Shown: piece after piece, positions 28,210 to 37,010 of the stretch
How the letters are laid out: each line of letters begins with the position of its first letter
How positions within the stretch are numbered: the stretch's first letter is position 1
Source: Alphaproteobacteria bacterium MarineAlpha2_Bin1
GTDB taxonomy: Bacteria; Pseudomonadota; Alphaproteobacteria; SHVP01
Assembly: GCA_002938125.1 (NCBI GenBank)
Contig: PTLN01000002.1
Location: 1-44,732, forward strand
Length of the DNA stretch: 44,732 nucleotides
Reading direction: 5' to 3'
Notes under the pieces: model-generated
Told to the model about the DNA's origin: nothing
Databases searched by the model: none
Seen by the model: only the letters and a program-made list of their open reading frames with translations
Made by a program: the position numbers and the translations under genes

Positions 28210-29658
28210 ATGTCAGATAATGGTCATGTTTACGAATTAATGGTTCCTGGAGCAATATCTAACGCTCCAAATAGAGAGGTATATGCACCATTTGATGGTT
28301 CTTATATTGCTTCAGTTGCTGGTGCTGATTTACAAACAGTAGAAAAAGCTCTTGATAATGCATATAAATTATTTAGGGATAAAAAATCATGGATTCCTAA
28401 ATATAAACGCATTCAAATTTTATCAAAAACAGCCGAATTAATGAGGGCCGACATTAATGGTTTAGCTCTGGAGGCTGCCAGAGAAGGAGGAAAGCCTTTA
28501 GCAGACTCAATAATCGAAGTAGAAAGAGCAATTTCGAGTATAGAAGTGTGTGTGGATGTATTGAAGACTGAGTCAGGTGAAGTTATACCTATGAATATAA
28601 ACTTAGCTTCAGCAAATCGTATAGCTATGACCCAGCCTGAACCAATTGGTGTTGTTGTTGCTGTAAGCGCATTTAACCATCCACTTAATTTAATAGCTCA
28701 TCAAGTTGGTCCAGCTTTAGCGGCAGGTTGCCCAGTAATTGTAAAGCCAGCAGAAGATACCCCTCTGTCATGTATGAGATTTGTTGAGCTTCTCCTTAAA
28801 GCAGGTCTCCCTGAGGGTTGGTGTCAAGCAGTCGTAACAGAGAATTTAGATGCTGCCCAGGCATTAGTAACCGATCGAAGGGTTAGCTTTTTTTCCTTCA
28901 TAGGCAGTCCAGGTGTTGGTTGGAAATTGAGATCTCTATTGGCTCCTGGAACTAGATGCGCTCTTGAACATGGTGGAGCTGCCCCAGCTATTATTACAAA
29001 TGATGCAGACATGAATTCTGTTCTAGAAGGAATTTTAAAAGGGGGGTTTTACCATGCAGGTCAAGTGTGTGTTTCTGTACAAAGAGTATTCGTAGATAAA
29101 ACTAAAGTAAATGAATTTGCTACAAATCTCTCTGAAAAAGCATCTAAATTAATTGTTGGAGATCCAACTAAGCCTGAAACTCAAGTAGGACCATTAATTA
29201 GAAATGATGAAGTAAGGCGAGTTCATGAATGGGTTAAAGAAGCAGAAGAAGCTGGCGCAAAGATCTTAACTGGAGGTGAATACATATCTGACTCGTGCTA
29301 TCAACCTACTGTTATTTTAAATGCACCAGATAATGTAAATGTTTTAAATAAAGAGATATTTGGTCCTGTTGTATGTATAAATTCTTACGATAATATAGAT
29401 AATGCTATTTCTAAGGCTAATGATCTCCCATTTGCATTTCAAGCTTCAATTTTTACAAGCAATATCGATTTAGCAATGAAAGCATATTCTGAGTTTGATG
29501 CTTCCGCAGTAATGATAAATGATCATACCGCTTTTAGAGTTGATTGGATGCCATTTGCAGGATGCAGACAATCAGGTCATGGCGTGGGAGGTATACCCTA
29601 TACTATTCATGAAATGCAAACTCATAAAATGATGGTTTTAAAGTCTCGTAACTTATAG
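28210..29658 (+). CDS. NAD(P)-dependent aldehyde dehydrogenase family protein (substrate unresolved)
   Basis: It has ALDH motifs FNHPLN, VKPAEDTP, FIGSPGVG, a catalytic Glu region LEHGGAAP, a catalytic Cys in GQVCVSVQR, and C-terminal FRVDWMPFAGCRQSGHG. A perfect AGGAGG lies at 28199-28204, 5 nt before the ATG. Confidence 0.9.
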   Translation: MSDNGHVYELMVPGAISNAPNREVYAPFDGSYIASVAGADLQTVEKALDNAYKLFRDKKSWIPKYKRIQILSKTAELMRADINGLALEAAREGGKPLADSIIEVERAISSIEVCVDVLKTESGEVIPMNINLASANRIAMTQPEPIGVVVAVSAFNHPLNLIAHQVGPALAAGCPVIVKPAEDTPLSCMRFVELLLKAGLPEGWCQAVVTENLDAAQALVTDRRVSFFSFIGSPGVGWKLRSLLAPGTRCALEHGGAAPAIITNDADMNSVLEGILKGGFYHAGQVCVSVQRVFVDKTKVNEFATNLSEKASKLIVGDPTKPETQVGPLIRNDEVRRVHEWVKEAEEAGAKILTGGEYISDSCYQPTVILNAPDNVNVLNKEIFGPVVCINSYDNIDNAISKANDLPFAFQASIFTSNIDLAMKAYSEFDASAVMINDHTAFRVDWMPFAGCRQSGHGVGGIPYTIHEMQTHKMMVLKSRNL

Positions 29659-29659
29659 T

Positions 29660-31882
29660 TTATATTTTTATAAATTTTGGTTTATTTTCATTTAACCAAC
29701 ACTTATACATTTCTTCAAAACCGAATTCTAAGTTTTTAGAAAGAAGGTGATTATCAAATAAGGCTGAATGCTTGACTTTTTCTTTTACTCTCGCCTTCAG
29801 TTTTTTAAGCCTCAATTTTTTTAAACCCAGCTCTATACAAAAATTTGTATATTCAATTTTATCGTTTTTAATACATGAATGTAGACCTGCGGCTGAAAGG
29901 ATTGAAGCTCCGGTTCTTTGAGTATGATTTTTTCCTTTTAATGTTATTACTGGTATACCAGCATTTAGGGCGTCAATAGTTGTAACGCCTCCGTTATGCA
30001 GAAAATTATCTAAGCAGATATCAGCAAGTTTAAGCCTAGCTAAATGTTCCTTTTTATTTTTTCTATCAGCAAAAATTAACCTATCAGCTTTGACTCCTAA
30101 CATCTCCGCTTCTTGCACTAGGTTTCTTTGGGCCTGTTTTGAAGTCATTTTCAGCCATAAAACGCTGTTGGGAACATTTTTGAGAACTTTCATCCAAGTT
30201 TCGAAACTTTTCGGATCTAACTTATTAGGTGAGTTAAAGTTGGCATAAACAATACTTTTTTCGGATAATTTTTCAATGTCTCGAGATATTTTATTATTTT
30301 TTATTTCCAAGTACTCTGCAGACATAAAACTATTAGGAAGGAGTACTAATGACTCGCTGCAGAAATCATATAGTTCAACTGGAGTGTGTATCTTATCAGT
30401 AATAAGCCAATCTATATTTTTTGATCCAATCGTACTACCATAACCAAGGTAGTGAGCTTGAATTGGGGCTGGTTTTAAAGATAGAATTTCAAGAGGGGTA
30501 TTTTTTGTATGACCTGCTAAATCGATTAGTATATCAATTTTTTGATTATATATTGCTTTTGCGGCTTCTACAGTATTTAACGTGGAAATGTTTTGAAAAG
30601 AATTAAAGTGTTCAATTATTTCGTCCGTGATTAAGTCGTTTGAAACCTTGGTTGCAAAACCATGAAAATTAAATTTTTCCTTATTATGAGTTTTAATTAC
30701 AGCTAGAAAACTTTGTCCTAGGCTATGGTCTCTAAAATCAGGAGAAATATATCCAATATTAAGTTTTGTTTTAGGTTTAGTTGTTTTATTTCTGTGGTTA
30801 AACTTTTTTTTGAAAGGTAAAATATTATTTTCGATTTTTTTCGTAAAATTTACTGCTACCTCAAGTCTAGTTTTAGGATTAGCTAAGCTATTTGCCAATG
30901 AAAATGGTGGAATTGGCTCTCCCCCCTTTTTGTTGGTAAGTTCAAGTAACTTTTCCATATTAAAACTATAATTCTTCCAATTACAAATTTCCATTTCAGA
31001 ATTAATCAGGTAAGGAAATAAATGACTTTCATTTTTATTTAATAAAAAAGCCTTTTTAAAGTTTTTATTAGCTTCTTCAAACCTTCCAGCATCTTGTAAA
31101 GTGAAAGCAAAGTTAGATAAGAGGTTTATATTTTCTGGTTGTAATGATAGTGCATCTCTATACAAAAGTATTGCATCTTCAATTTTGTCATTTTTTGCAT
31201 AAGTAGTTGCTAGATTTCCTAAGGCGTTTATATTTTTTGGGTTTATTTTAAGAGCATAACGAAAATTTTCTATTGCATCCTCAATTTTACCCATTGCACT
31301 GTTAATCAAACCAAGACCATTATATGCATCATCAGATTTATTATTAATGATGATTGCTCTTTTGTATAATTCGAGAGATTTATTTATTTCGTTTTTATCA
31401 AAATATATATTAGCGAGGTTAATTAATGCTTCATACATCACAGGGTTTATTCTTAATGCTCTAGTCAAAGCATTGATTGACTCATTTACTTTTTTCAATT
31501 TTAGTCTTACATTGGCAAGAGTAACCCAACCTTCAGCGAAATTATCATTGATCTCTAAGCATTTTATGGCTGATACTTCTGATCTTTCATAATTATTATC
31601 TGATAGATAAGCATTACTTAAATTATTATATATTTCTGCAACATTTGGAGCCTGTTTTGAGGCTTCTAATAAGTATTTTATTGATTTTTGAGGGTTTCCT
31701 TGAGCTAGGTATATATTGCCAAGAGTAAAAGAAAGTTTAGGGTGGGGGCTTGTTGTAATTTGATTTTCAAGAAATTTAATAGACCTTGCAGCTTGATTAT
31801 TGTTTAAGTGATTAATACATATAGCTAGTATATTTTCAATATCCTTTGAGTCATTTTCTTTTATAATGTTTTTCATTTTCAA
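29660..31882 (-). CDS. TPR-repeat protein fused to a GT41 (O-GlcNAc transferase / SPINDLY-like) glycosyltransferase domain
   Basis: The N-terminal ~300 aa are tandem TPR repeats (…A..Y..AL.L.P.N…). The C-terminal half has GT41-like blocks: GYISPDFRDHSLG, DILIDLAGHTKNTP, PAPIQAHYLGYGSTIG, FNSPNKLDPKSFETWMKVLKNVPNSVLWL and LDNFLHNGGVTTIDALNAGIPVITL. Confidence 0.8.
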   Translation of the reverse strand: MKMKNIIKENDSKDIENILAICINHLNNNQAARSIKFLENQITTSPHPKLSFTLGNIYLAQGNPQKSIKYLLEASKQAPNVAEIYNNLSNAYLSDNNYERSEVSAIKCLEINDNFAEGWVTLANVRLKLKKVNESINALTRALRINPVMYEALINLANIYFDKNEINKSLELYKRAIIINNKSDDAYNGLGLINSAMGKIEDAIENFRYALKINPKNINALGNLATTYAKNDKIEDAILLYRDALSLQPENINLLSNFAFTLQDAGRFEEANKNFKKAFLLNKNESHLFPYLINSEMEICNWKNYSFNMEKLLELTNKKGGEPIPPFSLANSLANPKTRLEVAVNFTKKIENNILPFKKKFNHRNKTTKPKTKLNIGYISPDFRDHSLGQSFLAVIKTHNKEKFNFHGFATKVSNDLITDEIIEHFNSFQNISTLNTVEAAKAIYNQKIDILIDLAGHTKNTPLEILSLKPAPIQAHYLGYGSTIGSKNIDWLITDKIHTPVELYDFCSESLVLLPNSFMSAEYLEIKNNKISRDIEKLSEKSIVYANFNSPNKLDPKSFETWMKVLKNVPNSVLWLKMTSKQAQRNLVQEAEMLGVKADRLIFADRKNKKEHLARLKLADICLDNFLHNGGVTTIDALNAGIPVITLKGKNHTQRTGASILSAAGLHSCIKNDKIEYTNFCIELGLKKLRLKKLKARVKEKVKHSALFDNHLLSKNLEFGFEEMYKCWLNENKPKFIKI

Positions 31883-32009
31883 ATATTTCTTTATATATAA
31901 AAATAAGTTATGATCATGCTCACAGATGTCCTAAATAAGAAAGTCAAGGTATTTATGTTATATTATCTATTAATAAACTCTTACCTTTCGGTTAACTGAA
32001 AGTTAAAGA

Positions 32010-33440
32010 ATGCATTTAAAATTAAAATTTATAGTTTTTTTATCATTTTTTGGATTATTAGCTTGTTTTTTTTGGTTTGCCCCTGTCTATGCTGAAGATA
32101 CTCACGACTCAAATTCAACAAATAATATAATTAGTCAATTAAATGATAATGACAAAGAAAACTTAAAATTATTAGTAGATAGTTTAAATAACCCTGAGAA
32201 AGTCAAAGAACTAATTAGTTTGATTGAGTCTTTAATATTAATTGAAAAAATTAACGAAGAAAAGGTAGAGAATAAGATTAGTTTAATAAGAAAATTAAAT
32301 GTAAACTTATCAAATCTAGATATAGAAAAACTAGTTATTAGTATTATTAAATCGTTAGTAATCATCATATTTGCTTTCTTTATCATTCGTTTATTTGGAC
32401 TAGGACTCAATAAAATTTTATTAAGTAAGGGTGATATAGATGCTGGGACAGGTAATTTCTCAACTAATAGCCGTTATATAATCTTTGCTCGTAAAATTAT
32501 TACTTTTTCTGTTTTTCTATTGTCGGTATTGCTGATACTAAAAGTATTTAATGTTGATATTATTGATTATTTTAAATCTGATTTTGGTTTCCAGCTAGCT
32601 TCAAGGGTGTTTACAATTGTATTTGTAATTATTCTCTCATTAATTTTATGGTCTATAACAAGTTCAGCTATCGATAAAGTTTTAATTAAAGCAAATTTAG
32701 ATAGATCTGGTAACAGAATAAGAACTTTATTGCCTCTTGCAAGAAATGCAATTTTAATTCTAATAATTATTACGTCTACAATTATTATACTTTCAGAAAT
32801 TGGTGTAAATATAGCACCCCTTCTAGCTGGAGCAGGAATAATTGGTCTTGCTATAGGTTTTGGGGCGCAAACTTTAGTAAAGGATATTATTACAGGTGCA
32901 TTCATTGTCTTTGAGAATACACTAGCAATAGGTGATGTTATTGAGGTCGCAAATCATTCTGGTGTAGTGGAAGGAATGACAATTAGAACTATAAAACTAA
33001 GAGATTTAAAAGGAAGAATCCATACAATACCTTTTTCATCAGTTGATACAATTGTTAATATGACTCGAGATTATTCTTACGTTGTATCTGAGATTGGTGT
33101 CTCTTACAGGGAAGATACTGATGAAGTAATTAATATAATAAAGAATGTATTTGATAGCTTAAGAAATGATGAAACTTTTAAATTGAATATTATTGATGAA
33201 TTAGAGGTTATGGGTTTAGAGAGATTTGATGATTCGGCTGTAATTATAAAAATCAGAATTAAAACTAAGCCTGGCTTGCAATGGTCTATAAACCGGGAAT
33301 TTAATAGAAGAATTAAGTATGCCTTTGATAAAAATAGTATCGAAATTCCATACCCTCATAATACTATTTATTTCGGAGAAGACAAAAAAGGTGAATCGCC
33401 TCCAGTCAATATAAATATAAAGAAAAGTGAAAAAACTTAA
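32010..33440 (+). CDS. Mechanosensitive ion channel family protein (MscS-type with N-terminal periplasmic extension)
   Basis: It has a signal peptide, several TM helices, and the MscS pore/beta-domain signature GAQTLVKDIITGAFIVFENTLAIGDVIEV. Confidence 0.85.
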   Translation: MHLKLKFIVFLSFFGLLACFFWFAPVYAEDTHDSNSTNNIISQLNDNDKENLKLLVDSLNNPEKVKELISLIESLILIEKINEEKVENKISLIRKLNVNLSNLDIEKLVISIIKSLVIIIFAFFIIRLFGLGLNKILLSKGDIDAGTGNFSTNSRYIIFARKIITFSVFLLSVLLILKVFNVDIIDYFKSDFGFQLASRVFTIVFVIILSLILWSITSSAIDKVLIKANLDRSGNRIRTLLPLARNAILILIIITSTIIILSEIGVNIAPLLAGAGIIGLAIGFGAQTLVKDIITGAFIVFENTLAIGDVIEVANHSGVVEGMTIRTIKLRDLKGRIHTIPFSSVDTIVNMTRDYSYVVSEIGVSYREDTDEVINIIKNVFDSLRNDETFKLNIIDELEVMGLERFDDSAVIIKIRIKTKPGLQWSINREFNRRIKYAFDKNSIEIPYPHNTIYFGEDKKGESPPVNINIKKSEKT

Positions 33441-33464
33441 TATTTTAATAATAAGGAAAAATTA

Positions 33465-34274
33465 ATGAGTCTATATGAAAATGGTCCAGCACCAAACAAA
33501 CACTATGGTTTATTTAACTGGTATGGTGTATTTACTCTCTATAAAAAAGAATTTTTACGTTTTATGGGTATGCCAATGCAAACCTTGGTTGCCCCAGCTA
33601 TGACCGCAATATTATTCCTTATAGTCTTTTCAATCGCAATTGGTAGGGGGAATGTTGATGTTGCTGGAATCCCTTTCAACCAGTTTATTGTACCCGGTTT
33701 AATTATGATGGCTATAATTCAGAACGCATTCTCGAATGCTACCTCTAGTTTAATGATATCCAAACTTCAGGGTAATATTGTTGATATATTAATGCCACCA
33801 CTTACTTCTATTGAGCTTCTAATTGGTCTGACTCTTGGCGGCGCCACAAGAGGTATTGTGGTAGGCGCTTTTGTTGCACTAGTTTTATATTTTTTTGTTG
33901 AAGTGAGTTTTCACAATTTTTTCTTTATTATTTCTTTCTCTTTTTTAGGATCAATACTTTTATCATTAATTGGTGTAATAGTTGGAATATGGGCATATAA
34001 ATTTGATGAAATAGCTACAATAACAAATTTTATTATAACACCTCTATCCTTTCTTTCTGGCACCTTTTACTCAGTTGATAGGCTTCCAGAAATATTCCAA
34101 AAGTTTACGCTTTTTAACCCATTTTTTTATATGATAGATGGATTTAGGTCAGGATTCATAGGTTACTCAGATAGTAATTTAATTATTGGTTTAGTGTATC
34201 TTTTAGGATTAAATGTTATTATGTTCATTGTTGGTTATTTTATAATTCATAAAGGTTATAAATTAAAAAGCTAA
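33465..34274 (+). CDS. ABC-2 type transporter permease (YadH/NodJ-like)
   Basis: About 269 aa with six predicted TM segments and an ABC-2 family N-terminus (…YKKEFLRFMGMPMQTLVAPAM…). No ATPase partner gene is adjacent. Confidence 0.7.
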   Translation: MSLYENGPAPNKHYGLFNWYGVFTLYKKEFLRFMGMPMQTLVAPAMTAILFLIVFSIAIGRGNVDVAGIPFNQFIVPGLIMMAIIQNAFSNATSSLMISKLQGNIVDILMPPLTSIELLIGLTLGGATRGIVVGAFVALVLYFFVEVSFHNFFFIISFSFLGSILLSLIGVIVGIWAYKFDEIATITNFIITPLSFLSGTFYSVDRLPEIFQKFTLFNPFFYMIDGFRSGFIGYSDSNLIIGLVYLLGLNVIMFIVGYFIIHKGYKLKS

Positions 34275-34312
34275 TTTTTTATTTGAAAGGAAATCTTTTG
34301 ATAAGCTCTATT

Positions 34313-35470
34313 ATGCCAACTTATGCGCCCTCAGATTTAACGTTTGAGAAGGGCGAGGGTGCTTATCTATATGATAGTAATGGAAAGAGCTATATAGACT
34401 TTTCATCCGGAATTGCAGTGACTTCTTTGGGACATAATCACCCCGTATTAATTAAAGCTCTTAGAAATGCTGTTGATAAAGTATGGCACCTTTCAAACCT
34501 TTATACTATTGATGGGCAAAAAGATTTAGCTGATAAGATTGTTAAGAATTCTTTCGCTGAAACAGTATTTTTCACTAACTCTGGTGCAGAGTCTGTTGAA
34601 TGCTTAATTAAAATTGTAAGAAAATATTTTAATCACTTAAAAAAACCAGAAAAGTACAGAATTATAACGTTTGAGGGAGCTTTCCATGGAAGAACTCTAG
34701 CTACGTTGTCTGCAGGCAAACAAAAGAAGCATTTAGACGGGTTTGGGCCGCACTTGGATGGTTTCGATCAAGTCTCATTCTTTGATATTAATGAGCTTAA
34801 AAATTCAATTAGTGATAACACTGCTGCAATACTATTGGAGCCTATACAGGGGGAAGGTGGTATAAGAGTTTTTCCTGATGATTTTATCTATCAAGTTAAA
34901 GAGCTATCTGAAAAAAATAATATTTTATTGTGTTTTGATGAAGTGCAGACTGGAATTGGCAGGACAGGAAATTTATTTGCTCATCAAAGATGGGATTTAT
35001 CTCCTGATATAGTTGCCACAGCTAAGGGTTTGGGTGGAGGTTTTCCTGTTGGAGCTTGTTTATCAACCGCAAAAGTTGCTGCAGGTATGATGCCTGGAAC
35101 ACACGGTTCAACTTTTGGAGGGAATCCGCTTGCGATGGCAGCAGGAAATGCAGTAATCGACACTATTTTGGGGGATAAATTTTTAGAAAAAGTGGTTAAT
35201 TTGGGAGAAAAATTAAAGTACTATTTAAATAAAATTAAATTTAGGCATAAGGGCAAACTTGAAGAAATCAGAGGTAGAGGATTAATGATCGGTCTAAAGT
35301 TTAATGACTCAACGGAAGGTTTAGTAGATTTATTAAGAAACAATGGTTTGTTAACAGTTCCAGCTGGAGACAATGTTATAAGGTTATTACCTCCCTTAGT
35401 CGTAGAGGAGAAGGATATAATAAAAGCTTGTAATATAATTGATGAAGTTATAAAAAATTGGAATATATAA
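34313..35470 (+). CDS. argD: Acetylornithine aminotransferase
   Basis: A class III aminotransferase with [30 protein letters not shown] and [10 protein letters not shown] (PLP Lys). It is next to argF. The track start is TTG at 34283; I prefer the ATG at 34313 (MPTYAP…). Confidence 0.9.
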   Translation: MPTYAPSDLTFEKGEGAYLYDSNGKSYIDFSSGIAVTSLGHNHPVLIKALRNAVDKVWHLSNLYTIDGQKDLADKIVKNSFAETVFFTNSGAESVECLIKIVRKYFNHLKKPEKYRIITFEGAFHGRTLATLSAGKQKKHLDGFGPHLDGFDQVSFFDINELKNSISDNTAAILLEPIQGEGGIRVFPDDFIYQVKELSEKNNILLCFDEVQTGIGRTGNLFAHQRWDLSPDIVATAKGLGGGFPVGACLSTAKVAAGMMPGTHGSTFGGNPLAMAAGNAVIDTILGDKFLEKVVNLGEKLKYYLNKIKFRHKGKLEEIRGRGLMIGLKFNDSTEGLVDLLRNNGLLTVPAGDNVIRLLPPLVVEEKDIIKACNIIDEVIKNWNI

Positions 35471-35473
35471 ATT

Positions 35474-36415
35474 ATGCCTAATTTTATAGATATTGATCTC
35501 ATCAGTTCTATTGAATTAAAAAAATTAATTGATGATGCAATAGTTAGAAAAAAAAATCGTGCAGGTTTTTCTAGAGGTCAACTAGATAAAGACAACCCTC
35601 TTAGTAGTCATATTTTAGCTTTGCTTTTTGAAATTCCTTCTACTCGAACAAGGATCTCTTTTGATGTAGCAATTCAACAACTAGGAGGAGGTTCGCTAAT
35701 TTTAAATTCAAGTGAAATGCAGTTGGGAAGAGGTGAGAGTGTTGCTGATACATCAAGAATTTTATCAAAGTTTGTTGATGTTATCATGCTTAGGTGTTTA
35801 AAACATGAAAGTTTAATTGAAATGGCAGAGTTTGCATCTGTTCCTGTCATAAATGGATTAACAAACAGAAGCCATCCGTGTCAAGTATTAGCGGATCTAA
35901 TGACCTTTATTGAATTAAAAGGGGAAGTTAAAAATAAAAATTTTGTTTGGTATGGAGATTATAATAATGTGACTCAATCTTGGGTGCATGCTTCTTCGAA
36001 GTTTAATTTTAACTTTATTATTTCAGCTCCAAAAGATATTAATATAGATCATGAATCAATTGATAAATCAAATGCTAATGGGGGCAATGTATTAGTTGTT
36101 GAGGATCCGGATGAAGCTGCGTTAGGTGCTGACTGCGTAATAACAGATGTTTGGATGTCGATGGGAGATAATTCTAATAGTACAAGTTTAGATCTCAAAA
36201 ATCAAAAAAAAATTGAATCACTTGTTCCATACAAAGTTACCGAAAATCTTATGAAGATGACCAATAAGGCTATATTTATGCATTGCCTTCCTGCATATAG
36301 AGATAAAGAAGTAGCTAGAAGTGTTATAGATGGAAAAGACTCGGTTGTTTGGCAAGAAGCAGAAAATAGATTGCATATTCAAAAATCTATTTTGCTTTGG
36401 TGCTTAAATAAATAA
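35474..36415 (+). CDS. argF: Ornithine carbamoyltransferase
   Basis: It has the carbamoyl-phosphate site STRTR, HPCQVLAD, DVWMSMG and HCLPA. Confidence 0.9.
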   Translation: MPNFIDIDLISSIELKKLIDDAIVRKKNRAGFSRGQLDKDNPLSSHILALLFEIPSTRTRISFDVAIQQLGGGSLILNSSEMQLGRGESVADTSRILSKFVDVIMLRCLKHESLIEMAEFASVPVINGLTNRSHPCQVLADLMTFIELKGEVKNKNFVWYGDYNNVTQSWVHASSKFNFNFIISAPKDINIDHESIDKSNANGGNVLVVEDPDEAALGADCVITDVWMSMGDNSNSTSLDLKNQKKIESLVPYKVTENLMKMTNKAIFMHCLPAYRDKEVARSVIDGKDSVVWQEAENRLHIQKSILLWCLNK

Positions 36416-36421
36416 ACCTAG

Positions 36422-37009
36422 ATGGCAAGGCCTAGTTATATTTTTATATTTTTAATTTCATCCCTATTAGTATCTTGCCAGTCCCCTGCACCCTTCTCTA
36501 ATTTAAAACTTAATTTTGATCATTTAGATAAGATATCTTTAAATGTAAGTGATATTGAAATTATTAGTACTTATAAGCCTACATTTAAAAGACCTAATGT
36601 TGATCATCTTTATGAAGAAACCCTTACAGAGATAGCTAATAGATATATTCTGTATAAATTTAATACAGTAAATACCAATCAAAGACTAAGAGTTTTAATT
36701 AAAGAAGCTTCATTAAAAAAAAATATAAAAAGAAATTTAAAAAAATCAGAAATAATAAATATATTTAATAATAAATCCTATGTATTGTATACTGCAGTTT
36801 TACAGGTCGAAGTTCAAATTATTAATGAACGAGGTTTTATAGTATCTAGAGTTATTTCAGATGTCTTCTATAGGAAATCAGATACAGAAAATTTAAGTAT
36901 TAATGAAGATTTAATGGTATATTTTGAGATTTGCGAAAAAATAATTATGCTTTTAGACGAAGAATTACTGAGTCAAATAAATAAACATTTTAAAAAATAT
37001 CTTCTTTAA
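36422..37009 (+). CDS. Hypothetical lipoprotein
   Basis: It has a signal peptide with a lipobox (FLISSLLVS|C). I recognise no family motifs. It lies 6 nt after argF and abuts the convergent argE. Confidence 0.6.
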   Translation: MARPSYIFIFLISSLLVSCQSPAPFSNLKLNFDHLDKISLNVSDIEIISTYKPTFKRPNVDHLYEETLTEIANRYILYKFNTVNTNQRLRVLIKEASLKKNIKRNLKKSEIINIFNNKSYVLYTAVLQVEVQIINERGFIVSRVISDVFYRKSDTENLSINEDLMVYFEICEKIIMLLDEELLSQINKHFKKYLL

Positions 37010-37010
37010 A

